Below are positions 48,731 through 58,794 of a stretch of DNA of 64,000 nt, piece after piece. A program made the translations under genes and the position numbers. The notes beneath the pieces were generated by a model, which saw only the letters and a list, made by a program, of their open reading frames with translations, was not told the origin of the DNA and did not search any database. The stretch's first letter is position 1, and every line of letters starts with the position of its first letter. The DNA comes from Candidatus Babeliales bacterium (lineage in GTDB: Bacteria > Babelota > Babeliae > Babelales > JANWKD01), in contig OY969622.1 of NCBI GenBank assembly GCA_963701665.1, positions 928,001 through 992,000 on the forward strand. The letters run 5' to 3'.

Positions 48731-49696
48731 ATGGAAATAGAAAACATACGGTCTCAAACTCCTGTTCGTTCAGGGTTTACTTCACACACCCTCTTAGATG
48801 CCATTGGAAACACCCCCTTAGTACGCGTTGATTTTGGCACACCGCCCACAATTTTAGCTAAACTTGAATATCTTAATCCTGGCGGCAGCATAAAAGATCG
48901 TGCTGCACTTTTCATGATTGAAGAAGCAGAGCGAAAAGGTTTATTAAAACCAGGTGGCACTATTATTGAAGCTTCTTCCGGCAACCAAGGAATTGCGGCT
49001 GCTATGATTGGCGTTGCAAAAGGATACAAAGTTATCATTACTACCAATAAAAAATTTAGTCCTGAAAAAATTAACACTATTAAAGCGTATGGCGCTGAAA
49101 TTATTATGTGTCCTTGTACAGAATTTGTTGAGGATCCTGAAAGTTATCATAGTCAAGCAGTCGCTCTTCAAAAAAAAATCCCTAATTCATTCATGCTCAA
49201 TCAATATTACAATTTTTCAAATTCTCAAAGCCATTATCATTCACTTGCACCAGAGATCTTACAACAAACAAATGGCTTAATTACCCACTTTTTTGCAGCC
49301 TCAGGTACCTGTGGCACTATTACCGGCGTAGGAAGATATTTAAAAGAGAAAAGTCCCGCTGTTAATGTCATTGCCGTTGATGCCGTTAATTCGTTCCGCA
49401 GCACACAAGGACATCCAAAGCCCTATGCCCTTGAAGGCATTGGTGTTGATTTTGATGCACCCATTTTAAATGAGTATCATACGGTCATTGATGAGTTTTT
49501 TTGCGTTTCAGATGAACAAGGTCTGACTATGCTCAAAAGAATGGCGCGCAATCATGCAATTTTATGTGGACCGAGTAGCGGCGCCGTCGCCTATGCAGCG
49601 TATGAATACTCTAAAAAGCTCTCGCCCCAGGATATCGTTGTTATGATAATTGGGGATTCAGGACGCGCTTATTTGAGCAAAAACTATTATTTATAA
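48731..49696 (+). CDS. Cysteine synthase / cystathionine beta-synthase family PLP enzyme
   Basis: IGNTPL, NPGGSIKDR, EASSGNQG, GPSSG, DSGRAYLSK. Confidence 0.9.
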   Translation: MEIENIRSQTPVRSGFTSHTLLDAIGNTPLVRVDFGTPPTILAKLEYLNPGGSIKDRAALFMIEEAERKGLLKPGGTIIEASSGNQGIAAAMIGVAKGYKVIITTNKKFSPEKINTIKAYGAEIIMCPCTEFVEDPESYHSQAVALQKKIPNSFMLNQYYNFSNSQSHYHSLAPEILQQTNGLITHFFAASGTCGTITGVGRYLKEKSPAVNVIAVDAVNSFRSTQGHPKPYALEGIGVDFDAPILNEYHTVIDEFFCVSDEQGLTMLKRMARNHAILCGPSSGAVAYAAYEYSKKLSPQDIVVMIIGDSGRAYLSKNYYL

Positions 49697-49856
49697 CCCC
49701 AACAGCATAATTTTCCTTGTCTAAAAGCCTTTTGCCTATTTGTGCAATAATATTTTATTATATATTCCCAAATATTGCTATTTGAATAGTATATCTGATA
49801 TTATAGAAGTAAATATTAGAGTTTTGAGTAGTAAAAACCATTTTTTAGGGGAAGTT

Positions 49857-50282
49857 ATGGAAAAAAGAGTATTATTCCTTGCCATATGCGCTAGTTTTTG
49901 CACAAGTGTTCTGTATGGACAAGTAACTACTGTAGACGAGGTTCTTGGGCAATACAGAAAACAGTTCGGAACAGAAACTTTTGAAGCAATTAACGAAGTG
50001 GAAGCAATTCAAAAACGTTTAAATAAAACATTTACTGACAAAGAATTAATCCCCCTTCAAAATGGCCTCACTTCTTACGCTCGCCCACGATCAACTGGTC
50101 TAGTACCAAAAGGTCAAATGGGAACTCTTACAAGAGCAGTATTCGACGCAGTAAAAGATACTTATAGAAAGATCATGCAAACCCGTGCTTCATCAAATGC
50201 TGAAATAGCAGGTCGTCAAGCTTATGCTGATGAATTCTTTGGTCGAATCGCATTTGTCTTGCAACATCCACGTAAAAATTAA
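49857..50282 (+). CDS. Small secreted orphan protein
   Basis: Probable start MEKRVL; signal peptide. Confidence 0.7.
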   Translation: MEKRVLFLAICASFCTSVLYGQVTTVDEVLGQYRKQFGTETFEAINEVEAIQKRLNKTFTDKELIPLQNGLTSYARPRSTGLVPKGQMGTLTRAVFDAVKDTYRKIMQTRASSNAEIAGRQAYADEFFGRIAFVLQHPRKN

Positions 50283-50290
50283 TTTTTTAT

Positions 50291-50330
50291 AAAAGAAATC
50301 CACTGCCCTCAAAAGCAGTGGATTTCTTTT
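50291..50330 (+). terminator. Intrinsic terminator
   Basis: AAAAGAAATCCACTGC-N8-GCAGTGGATTTCTTTT. Confidence 0.85.
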
Positions 50331-50347
50331 AAGTATCAAAGGCTACT

Positions 50348-50782
50348 ATGAGTAAAATATTTTATTTAGGGCTTCTTACTTTAATCTTTAGCACAACCTT
50401 TATTTTAGCGTCACAACCATTAAACACACGAGAGTCACGAGAGCATGAAATATTAAAAAAACGATACCAAGAAACATTAAACAAGATACAAGCGGTATTT
50501 GATAAAATCCCTAAAATTCGCATTGCTTATAGCGATGTTATTGAAACACAATTTTCTGAAAGTCTTAAGACTGGCACAAATAAATTGTCTGGCAATTGGA
50601 ATGCAATATTTTCAATTGCCTATCCACTATATAAAGATCTAAAAAATGATAAAGACCCGCTAGTTCGTGCTCTAGCCAATCAATTACAAATTGATATCAT
50701 GAAGGCAGCAATGCGTCATGATGAAGAATTCAAATCAATGAATGATCAATTATTTAATAATAAAAAATCCACTGCCCCTTAA
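50348..50782 (+). CDS. Small secreted orphan protein
   Basis: Signal peptide, helical mature part. Confidence 0.7.
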   Translation: MSKIFYLGLLTLIFSTTFILASQPLNTRESREHEILKKRYQETLNKIQAVFDKIPKIRIAYSDVIETQFSESLKTGTNKLSGNWNAIFSIAYPLYKDLKNDKDPLVRALANQLQIDIMKAAMRHDEEFKSMNDQLFNNKKSTAP

Positions 50783-50795
50783 AGCAGTGGATTTT
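50764..50795. terminator. Bidirectional terminator, near-copy of 50291-50330
   Basis: AAAATCCACTGC-N8-GCAGTGGATTTT between convergent genes. Confidence 0.8.
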
Positions 50796-50796
50796 C

Positions 50797-51045
50797 TTAT
50801 TCTTCCTCACGTAATTCCGCACTATGATCATCTGAATATATAACCTTCTTCTTTTTACTAGTAAACATCGATTTTAACGTTTGTCTAATAACCGAAAATG
50901 AAAACGCTTGTTTTATTGTAGTAAATCGCTCTTCATGCCATGAACTTTTTTCTTTATCAACCAATGGACGTTTCATTGCTTCTATTCTTTGCAAGCACAT
51001 GCATATAGCCACAAAATAACAGCAAACAAGAAATTTTTGCTTCAT
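50797..51045 (-). CDS. Small secreted orphan protein
   Basis: RBS GGAG, signal peptide ending IEA|M. Confidence 0.6.
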   Translation of the reverse strand: MKQKFLVCCYFVAICMCLQRIEAMKRPLVDKEKSSWHEERFTTIKQAFSFSVIRQTLKSMFTSKKKKVIYSDDHSAELREEE

Positions 51046-51060
51046 AGGTTCTTCTCCCCT

Positions 51061-51441
51061 TTATGAAATACAACAATCATCATTGCCGACTCCTTCATAA
51101 TCTAGCAAGGTAGCAAATAGCTGCATTGCTTTTGCCTTTTCTTCCTCTCGAGACGTCAAATGCCCCTGCATCAAGTCTTTAAATTCGGGATAAGAGAACT
51201 TACATGTATTTTTAATATCTAAATAAACAATAACTGCCTGTTCCATGTAATTAAAAATGGCTATAATATCTTTTTGATCCCTAAAGACAATTGAATCTTC
51301 TCGTTGATTTGAATGATCAAGGATGGCAATTGCTGTTAATTCATGTCCTTCAAATATTTGTTGCACTAACGAAACCTGCATAGCATGTACTTTTTGCAAA
51401 CTAATTACAAAAAAAAACATAACAAAACATAATCGGTTCAT
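51061..51441 (-). CDS. Small secreted orphan protein
   Basis: RBS GAGG, signal peptide ending VHA|M. Confidence 0.65.
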   Translation of the reverse strand: MNRLCFVMFFFVISLQKVHAMQVSLVQQIFEGHELTAIAILDHSNQREDSIVFRDQKDIIAIFNYMEQAVIVYLDIKNTCKFSYPEFKDLMQGHLTSREEEKAKAMQLFATLLDYEGVGNDDCCIS

Positions 51442-51499
51442 AGTTCCCTCTTTTGAAAAATATTCTCAAGAAAAGCGTACAACGAACTGCAGATCAGTG

Positions 51500-52534
51500 C
51501 TAGAGTTGATGATGAGCCTGTATTTTTTCATGGATAGTACGTTGCTCGCCTGGCATTTCAAAAAATAACTTTTGCCCATGAAAAGGAATATGCAACTGTG
51601 CATGTTTTACCTGTTCTTGCGACTGTTGCCACCATGCATGTAATCTTTCGATAGGTGTATGCGCTTGGTCAAGGCCAAAATAAAAGGTACCCCAATGCAT
51701 TGGAATAAGATGTTGCGCGCGCAACGTAAGAAACGCGTGCCCTGCTTGTTGAGCGTCAATATGCGAGTGTTGCATCCATGCCCTCGGCTCGCAAGGGCCT
51801 ATGGGTAATAATGCAATATCAATTGAAGGGAAAACGCGTGCGATTTGTTCAAAATGATGCCAGTTTGCCGTATCGCCGCCAAAATAAATACGATAGTTAT
51901 TATATTCAATGAGCCAGCTTCCCCATAATGAGCGATTTCTATCAAATAATGCGCGCTGCGACCAATGATACGCGGGCAAAAAATAAAAATTGAGTCGAGG
52001 TTCCTTTAAACCCTCGTATTCTTGCCACCAGCCAAATTCATGCACCTGGGCAAACGAGCGTTTTTCAAACCATTGTTTATCCCCGAGCGGGACCAGCACG
52101 GTGGGATTATATTTTTTTATATCCATCAGACTTGCTGCATCCATGTGATCACGATGGTTGTGTGAAAGCAACACATAATCAATGCTTGGAAGCTGCGCTA
52201 AAGGAATGCCCGGCGATTGGATACGCCTGAATAACCATGAAGCATTACCAAAAATAGGGTCAGTTAGAATGGTAGTGCCATTAATCGTTATTAAAAAGGT
52301 TGAATGCCCAATCCACGTAATGGAAACGGCTCCCGCTTGAGTTAAGGTCTGAGTAAAAAATGAGTGGTGCACGGCCGATGAACTATCTGCCATCCGTTTT
52401 AACCATGCCTTTAAAAACATTACCACAGAATGCGAGAATACAGTCCGTTTCTTTTCATGTTCATGGTTATAAAAACGATTACTTTTTTTGAAGGGAGTAA
52501 GAAGGGAACTGTTGTGTTCAGGATGGGCTATCAT
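51500..52534 (-). CDS. Metallo-beta-lactamase-fold hydrolase (NAPE-PLD/RomA-like)
   Basis: TWIGHST, LTDP, SHNHRDHMD, HWSQR, GDT, PMHWGTF. Confidence 0.88.
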   Translation of the reverse strand: MIAHPEHNSSLLTPFKKSNRFYNHEHEKKRTVFSHSVVMFLKAWLKRMADSSSAVHHSFFTQTLTQAGAVSITWIGHSTFLITINGTTILTDPIFGNASWLFRRIQSPGIPLAQLPSIDYVLLSHNHRDHMDAASLMDIKKYNPTVLVPLGDKQWFEKRSFAQVHEFGWWQEYEGLKEPRLNFYFLPAYHWSQRALFDRNRSLWGSWLIEYNNYRIYFGGDTANWHHFEQIARVFPSIDIALLPIGPCEPRAWMQHSHIDAQQAGHAFLTLRAQHLIPMHWGTFYFGLDQAHTPIERLHAWWQQSQEQVKHAQLHIPFHGQKLFFEMPGEQRTIHEKIQAHHQL

Positions 52535-52746
52535 GAGGCCACCAATAAATAAACCCCCATCCAGACGCGAAGTCAAGGACAGGGGAAATGGAGGTTATCT
52601 TCGTAAAATGTGTTTGAAAACACATAAGATAATGTACAGGTAGTTGAAAGAAAAAGCAAATTTTTTTTGGAGTGTTCCTCGATTTTTCCTTAATTGGCTA
52701 TACTTCTTATCTCAATTATTATTTTATTTTCTAATGTAAATAATAG

Positions 52747-53865
52747 TCAATAGTTCTCACTAACCTTCATATGTTTTGCATAGACCATTTCATACGACTT
52801 TTTCATCGAATCTAGCGAAAGAACGTCTTTTACCGTTGCCAAGGCGTTCTTGCCCCATTGTGCTGCCTGTTCCTTATCGGCCATAATACGCGTGAGCCCA
52901 GCAACTAAGGCCCCTTTATTTTCAGATGGCACTAATAAGCCATTAACATCATTAATAATAACATCATGAGTAGCTTTTTCATGGGTCGAAATACACGGCA
53001 AGGCAAAGCACATAGCCTCAAGCATCGCTATTGAGATACCCTCTTTAAATGAAGAGAGAGCGAAGCAATCAAAGAGAGGATAATACCCATATGATGGTTT
53101 ACCGATAACAAACTGCACTACATGAGAAATGGCATGCTCAGCCGTTAGCTCACGCAACTGTTGCTCTTCGGATCCTGAGCCAACAAGCACAAGCCGCGCA
53201 TGAGGGTGTGCAGCATAAAGATCGGCAAAAGCATGTACGAGCAAAGAATAATTTTTCAAAAAAACAAATCGACCAACTGATCCGATGATAAAATGATCAT
53301 CAGTAAGCCCAAGATCCGCGCGCGTTAAGCCATACTGTTGCGCGCGTTTTCTGACAAGTTCATAATCTATACCATTTTGAATAGTAGTGATGCGCGCAGG
53401 TTGAATGTTATAATGCAGCTTTAATGAATCAGCAACGCCGTGCGACACGGCAACTAATTCGTGTGCCATACCATATGAAGCACGATCAAAGAGTGCGCGT
53501 AACGAACCATCCTGATCAACATTGTTGTGAAAACTATTGATCACCGGCACGCGGCACAACAATCCTACCAATCGTCCTGCAATATTGGCTGACCAAAGCC
53601 ACGTATGGATAATCGAAGGCCGCAATTTGTATACGCAAAGAAATAATCGTAAAAAAAAGAGCGGATCATATAAACAGACCAATCCTTTAATATGGTAGGT
53701 AGGAATGCCAAGTTCTTTCAAACGCGCAACGTTTGGGCCTTCATGAAAATAAATAACGGCGTAGTTAACATCACGAGTATCTGCACGCTCAAGAAGATCG
53801 CATAGTAATGTTTCCGCCCCACCCATTTTAAGGCTTGTAATAAGATGAAGAATCATTTTTTTCAT
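52747..53865 (-). CDS. GT4 glycosyltransferase
   Basis: GGAE, IQNGID, VGR...K, EG..IAMLEAM. Confidence 0.9.
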   Translation of the reverse strand: MKKMILHLITSLKMGGAETLLCDLLERADTRDVNYAVIYFHEGPNVARLKELGIPTYHIKGLVCLYDPLFFLRLFLCVYKLRPSIIHTWLWSANIAGRLVGLLCRVPVINSFHNNVDQDGSLRALFDRASYGMAHELVAVSHGVADSLKLHYNIQPARITTIQNGIDYELVRKRAQQYGLTRADLGLTDDHFIIGSVGRFVFLKNYSLLVHAFADLYAAHPHARLVLVGSGSEEQQLRELTAEHAISHVVQFVIGKPSYGYYPLFDCFALSSFKEGISIAMLEAMCFALPCISTHEKATHDVIINDVNGLLVPSENKGALVAGLTRIMADKEQAAQWGKNALATVKDVLSLDSMKKSYEMVYAKHMKVSENY

Positions 53866-55442
53866 GAACTATGTTCCTTAAGCAATGCTTCATAATCTTT
53901 TTTCAGTTTTTTCTTATCCACTTTGCCAAGTGCCGTCATCGGCAAATCAGACATGCAAACAATATGACGCGGAATCTTATATGCCGCTAAATTATTTCTA
54001 CATAATTCTTTCAGTTCTTTTTCGCAATTGGGAGACTTTTGTCTGACAGCGACAAAGGCTACGGGAATTTCACCCGTCAATTCATCTTCTTTGCCGATAA
54101 CACCTGCTTTGAATACCGCAGGATGGCTCATCAGCACATTTTCAATTTCAGGCGGATAAATATTAAAACCTTTATGAATAATCAAATCTTTAAATCTTCC
54201 TGAAATCACTAAATTACCTTCAGGATCACAATAAGCAAAATCTCCCGTATTCAACCAACCATCCACAATCATTTCTTTGGTCATCTCGGGCGCATTATAG
54301 TAACCGAGCATAACGTTATCACCCTTCACCCACAAAATACCAATATTACCATGTGGCACTTCTGCTCCGGTTGTTTCATCTCGTAATGAAATAGAAATGC
54401 CAAAACCAGGCTTACCGATAGTATTGGTAGCGCGCGTTACATCATCAAGATCCCCCGCTATAAATGGCGATGTTTCTGTCAGGCCATAACCATTGCATAA
54501 CTTACGTCGATACACGAGCTCAAAACCAGCGCGAATCTTATCAGGCAATGCATCACCACCGCAAATAACAAAACGTACGCTAGAAAAATCAAGATGCTTC
54601 ATCATACACAGTAGCCCGTATAACGTTGGCACACCCAGCATGACCGTCGGCTTATGCTTAAATCCTTCCAGAATCCATTTGCGCTCGATCTTTGGTATCA
54701 CGATAACGCTCGTACCTAGGAAAAAACTGCTCCACACACATGAATTCTGCGCAAAGCTATGAAACAGCGGTAAGATACCAAACAAACGATCACGATGATC
54801 AATGTCAATGATTGCGGTAATTTGTGCAACGTTGGTAAGAATATTGCGCGAGCTGAGCATCACGCCTTTTGGCAATCCAGTGGTGCCCGATGTGTAAAGA
54901 AGCGCAGCCATATCATCAGGATTACGCGAGGGTATTGTATATTCGTACGATTTATATTCTTGTGGCGAATCTACTGATTGTAGTGTTGGTTCAATAAAAA
55001 CTTTTGGCAATATTAAGCCGCTATTTTTAAGATCAGTCAGTTTATGAGAAAATTCTTCTGATACCACGAGGGCTGCAGGTTGTGAATCGTTAATGATATG
55101 TGCTAATTCTTTTTCTGTTATGAATGTATTTAATGGCGCCACTACTGCACCCGTTTGCCAAATACCATAATAGGCAATGTAATATTCAAGTGAATTTTCA
55201 AAAAGAAGACATACGCGATCTTTTGGCTTAATGCCTTGTTCAAGCAACTGCATTGTTACACGCAATGAGTGATGATACAATTGTAAAAATGTAATGCTGA
55301 CATCTTTGCAAATAAGAGCGATTCTATGAGGAAATAGACGTGCTGCACGCTGCAAAAGTTTTCCAGCAAACATCAACGTCCCTTGTTCATGGAGCGCCTC
55401 ACAATACTGTGCAAAACGTTCTTTTCGTGTTACTTCGTGCAT
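53862..55442 (-). CDS. fadD: Long-chain fatty acid-CoA ligase
   Basis: YTSGTTGLPKG, GYGLTE, GWLNTGD, GRFKDLI, GKVDKK. Confidence 0.88.
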   Translation of the reverse strand: MHEVTRKERFAQYCEALHEQGTLMFAGKLLQRAARLFPHRIALICKDVSITFLQLYHHSLRVTMQLLEQGIKPKDRVCLLFENSLEYYIAYYGIWQTGAVVAPLNTFITEKELAHIINDSQPAALVVSEEFSHKLTDLKNSGLILPKVFIEPTLQSVDSPQEYKSYEYTIPSRNPDDMAALLYTSGTTGLPKGVMLSSRNILTNVAQITAIIDIDHRDRLFGILPLFHSFAQNSCVWSSFFLGTSVIVIPKIERKWILEGFKHKPTVMLGVPTLYGLLCMMKHLDFSSVRFVICGGDALPDKIRAGFELVYRRKLCNGYGLTETSPFIAGDLDDVTRATNTIGKPGFGISISLRDETTGAEVPHGNIGILWVKGDNVMLGYYNAPEMTKEMIVDGWLNTGDFAYCDPEGNLVISGRFKDLIIHKGFNIYPPEIENVLMSHPAVFKAGVIGKEDELTGEIPVAFVAVRQKSPNCEKELKELCRNNLAAYKIPRHIVCMSDLPMTALGKVDKKKLKKDYEALLKEHSS

Positions 55443-55558
55443 ATGAAATACCTTTTATGTACTTATTCTTTTTCATTGTTATACTAATAGATAATTAAGA
55501 GCTTATCCGAAAATTAAATAAATATACAAATGCAAGAAAAATATACTAAGAGAGTGAT

Positions 55559-55659
55559 GTCATTCAGAGCACGAGTAAAACGAGTGCGTGGAATCCAGGT
55601 CTAATAAGATTTTTCATGTATAGTCTGGATCCCTACGGCGCTTCGCGCCTCAGGATGAC
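55559..55659 (-). mobile_element. Gene-less paired hairpin element, subfamily B
   Basis: Units 55559-55598 and 55625-55659. The minus-strand spacer ACTATAC-ATGAAAAATC-TTAT-TAGAC matches both inner flanks of the 27259-27649 element. Confidence 0.82.
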
Positions 55660-55672
55660 GCTGGTGTCTATT

Positions 55673-56359
55673 ATGAAATTACCAAGCCAAGGCATACTCA
55701 TAGCGTGTGAAGGTATCGACGGTTCAGGAAAATCCACCCTCGCACGCGCATTGCATGCTTTTTTTTCTAACCAAAATATTCCCTCGTTATTGACAAAAGA
55801 ACCTGGCGGCACGCCACTCGGTTTACAGCTTCGCGCACTCGTACAAAATCCTGCCATCAAGCGCTGTTCAAAAGCAGAATTTTTATTGTTTGCTGCCGAT
55901 CGCGCCGAACATTTTAACACGGTAATCGTTCCTGCACTCAATAACAAAACGCTCGTCATTTCAGATCGCCTGGCTGATTCTTCACTCGTTTATCAAGGAT
56001 TTGGTCGAGGGCTTGATATACCGACGCTCGTCACCATCAACGCATGGGCAATGAACAATCGCAAACCGGATGTCACCCTCTACGTACGCATATCAGCACA
56101 ACGAGCGTTTGAACGTATACGCGCGCGCAAAGAGACTATAACCGCGTTTGAACAAGAAAAAACTGAATTTTTTAATCGCCTTATTGAGGGTTTTGAAAAA
56201 ATCTATCACAATCGTGAAGATGTTTTATGCATCGATGGCACACAATCGCAAGAAGCTGTTCTTGCTGACACAATTAAACAATTGACTCATTTTTTTGAGC
56301 AAAGGTTAACCCATGGAAACATTCAACGTACTCCCACCAGCACAACTTTGGATCGGTAA
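55673..56359 (+). CDS. tmk: Thymidylate kinase
   Basis: EGIDGSGKST, KEPGGT, LLFAADR, ISDR..DSS..YQG; probable start 55673. Confidence 0.95.
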   Translation: MKLPSQGILIACEGIDGSGKSTLARALHAFFSNQNIPSLLTKEPGGTPLGLQLRALVQNPAIKRCSKAEFLLFAADRAEHFNTVIVPALNNKTLVISDRLADSSLVYQGFGRGLDIPTLVTINAWAMNNRKPDVTLYVRISAQRAFERIRARKETITAFEQEKTEFFNRLIEGFEKIYHNREDVLCIDGTQSQEAVLADTIKQLTHFFEQRLTHGNIQRTPTSTTLDR

Positions 56360-57050
56360 CCCTGAACATCTTTCCCATGAAGTAAAAAAATATGTGCAGC
56401 AGTATTTGTGCGCCCATAAAGGATGTTCACAATGCCCCGCATGCAGAAATATTCAAGAACGCCAACACGCTTCACTGTTATGGCTTGCTCCCGAAAAAAA
56501 TTATACGCTCGAACAGCTTGAACCATTAAAACATACCATTTCCTTTGCACTCGATAGCGATCACCATTATTTTATTATACTCGAGGGCGCCGACACATTG
56601 CCGCCAGCATGCGCCAACAGTTTGCTCAAAATCCTTGAAGAACCGCCACACGGATATCATTTTATTTTACTGGCGCACGTACGCGATGCTGTGTTACCAA
56701 CCATTCAGTCTCGCTGTTTTATTATGAATAAACACACGCATGCACATGAACGCGCGAGTCATGACATTGTGTATGCACTCACCTCACATCCCCCTCGCTG
56801 CGCATTTGAATTTTTACAAATAGTTGAAAAATCACCGCCTGATGAGAATATGTCGCACATAATGCTTGAAGAAATTTTGTCATTTTGGCTTGAAAAGTAT
56901 AAAATACATACTGAAAGCGATAGTATTACTGAAAAAAAAATTGTCACTATGATTGAGAGTGTACATAAGGCATTAGCACAACCACCGATGCCAGGAAGCA
57001 GTAAATTATTTTGGAAGAATATATTTTTACAATTAACAACATGCTATTAG
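56313..57050 (+). CDS. holB: DNA polymerase III delta-prime subunit (short, divergent)
   Basis: C..GC.QCP.C zinc module, ANSLLKILEEPP, LPTIQSRC; follows tmk. Confidence 0.88.
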   Translation: METFNVLPPAQLWIGNPEHLSHEVKKYVQQYLCAHKGCSQCPACRNIQERQHASLLWLAPEKNYTLEQLEPLKHTISFALDSDHHYFIILEGADTLPPACANSLLKILEEPPHGYHFILLAHVRDAVLPTIQSRCFIMNKHTHAHERASHDIVYALTSHPPRCAFEFLQIVEKSPPDENMSHIMLEEILSFWLEKYKIHTESDSITEKKIVTMIESVHKALAQPPMPGSSKLFWKNIFLQLTTCY

Positions 57051-57059
57051 GGATATCGA

Positions 57060-57800
57060 ATGAATAAAAAACTTTTTTTAAGTATGGTCACTTTGTTCAT
57101 AATAACATTTACCCAGGCCAGTATTGCTGCTGGTGAACAAGATCCAACAATAATTGGTCAGATTATGACAGGACTCTACAAAGGCGTTTTTTCCGGCATT
57201 GCCCAATCGACTGCAACGCCCATTCTTGAAGCAGCTTCTTTTATAAAAAAACAAGCAATGCGTGGTATTTATTCTTTTAATGAAAAACCAGTAGAAGATC
57301 AATACAATGAATTTAATATTAATCAACTAAAGCGTAACCTTACTGTCTCTAAATTAAAAAAAACTGAAATTTTAATTGAGAAATACGATCACAAGCTAAA
57401 ACGTTGCAAAAACCCAGAAAAACGGAATCTATTTTTACAAGATCTTAAGGATAATTTATTAATAAATAAATCGTTAAAACAAGAAATTAATGATTTAGAT
57501 AGGCAATTTACTAAATCAACGCTTCGAGCTATGAAAAACACAAATAATCAAAGAACAATTGGTATTTTTGTAAAATCAATTTTTTTTCCTTTTATCGTTT
57601 TACCACGTATTTTTTTTACGTCGAATCAACCTTTGGACAAACAAAAAGTTGAAGCAGAGTCACAAAAATATATGAACAAACCTTCTATTCCAGGATTAAA
57701 AAAATCATCTCCCGAAGAGTTAAATGATTTTTTACAATCTCTTGATGGTGACGATAATGATAATTTAATTGTACAAGATATCGAACAAAACGGAAAATAG
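57060..57800 (+). CDS. Secreted or membrane orphan protein
   Basis: Signal peptide, coiled coil, hydrophobic segment. Confidence 0.65.
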   Translation: MNKKLFLSMVTLFIITFTQASIAAGEQDPTIIGQIMTGLYKGVFSGIAQSTATPILEAASFIKKQAMRGIYSFNEKPVEDQYNEFNINQLKRNLTVSKLKKTEILIEKYDHKLKRCKNPEKRNLFLQDLKDNLLINKSLKQEINDLDRQFTKSTLRAMKNTNNQRTIGIFVKSIFFPFIVLPRIFFTSNQPLDKQKVEAESQKYMNKPSIPGLKKSSPEELNDFLQSLDGDDNDNLIVQDIEQNGK

Positions 57801-57843
57801 TAATGGGCACAATGCACATCTTTTTAAACAATAAAGGCCTTAC

Positions 57844-58434
57844 ATGAAAAAAAATAACATTTTCCTTTTAACGATCGTTTTTTTGAGTTCAATTTACAAC
57901 AACGAAATATACTCAAAAACACATGAAGATATTAGAAAATGGCGTCAAGCAGCGGGTAGAGGCAATCTATCAAATGGACGATACATGAATGAAATGCAAA
58001 ATATGAATCTAGACGAATTCAAATTCAAAGTACAAGAAATGAGAAGAAAATCTAAAGATTCTACTGATGATCGCTTAGTTAAAAACATAGCGAGAAAAAA
58101 AACCATTCTCGGTTTTTGTAAAACTGGATTAAGCGGTTTGTTTGGGGCTTCCGGAGGCTTTTTAGCATTCAAGGTTATCCCGGCAAGTTTACAGTTCGAA
58201 GACGAACAAACAAGATTCGCAGCAACTTTCTGGAGCACCGTTGGTACGATTGGCTGTTTTGGATTTAGTTATTTTTTTGGAAGGAAAGGCTGTACTCAAA
58301 TAAAAAATAATTTATTTAGCGAATCCGTTCGACAAAGACTAGCTTCGCATGCTCCCAATTTAGCATTAGTTCAAGAGCAATTTAATGCAATACACAGTAT
58401 TAAAAACCGAAACGATGTCGAAGAAGTAGATTAA
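57844..58434 (+). CDS. Secreted two-TM orphan-family protein, distant paralog 3
   Basis: NIARKK...2 TM...GC.QIKNN...VRQRL..H matches the 24187 and 25053 proteins. Confidence 0.65.
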   Translation: MKKNNIFLLTIVFLSSIYNNEIYSKTHEDIRKWRQAAGRGNLSNGRYMNEMQNMNLDEFKFKVQEMRRKSKDSTDDRLVKNIARKKTILGFCKTGLSGLFGASGGFLAFKVIPASLQFEDEQTRFAATFWSTVGTIGCFGFSYFFGRKGCTQIKNNLFSESVRQRLASHAPNLALVQEQFNAIHSIKNRNDVEEVD

Positions 58435-58488
58435 CAGAATATATCCGATCGAAGTTTGTTATCCAAACTTCTACATTTTTTTATACTT

Positions 58489-58517
58489 AAAAGAGCCTTT
58501 TTTTAAAAGGCTCTTTT
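58489..58517. terminator. Bidirectional terminator
   Basis: AAAAGAGCCTTTT-TTT-AAAAGGCTCTTTT between convergent genes. Confidence 0.8.
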
Positions 58518-58533
58518 TTATATAGCGTAATTT

Positions 58534-58794
58534 TTATGGACAGGCTGGATCTTGATCAACCTGTGCCGGTGGAATAAAATACTCAAAAGGAGTACGCGGC
58601 TTTCCACATGGGGTCAAACAATAATGCAGTCCAATATGTATTGTTTGATTTTCCACCACAACACCGTCATCATCTTCTTGTGATATCTGAACTTCTATAT
58701 CTTCAAAATAATCTTCAACACTAGAAGTCTGCATAGCTTGCGCTAAAGAAACCAGTAGAATACTCATTATGAACGAATAAAACAACAATCTCAT
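58534..58794 (-). CDS. Small secreted acidic protein
   Basis: Signal peptide ending AQA|M; start 58794 or 58806. Confidence 0.6.
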   Translation of the reverse strand: MRLLFYSFIMSILLVSLAQAMQTSSVEDYFEDIEVQISQEDDDGVVVENQTIHIGLHYCLTPCGKPRTPFEYFIPPAQVDQDPACP

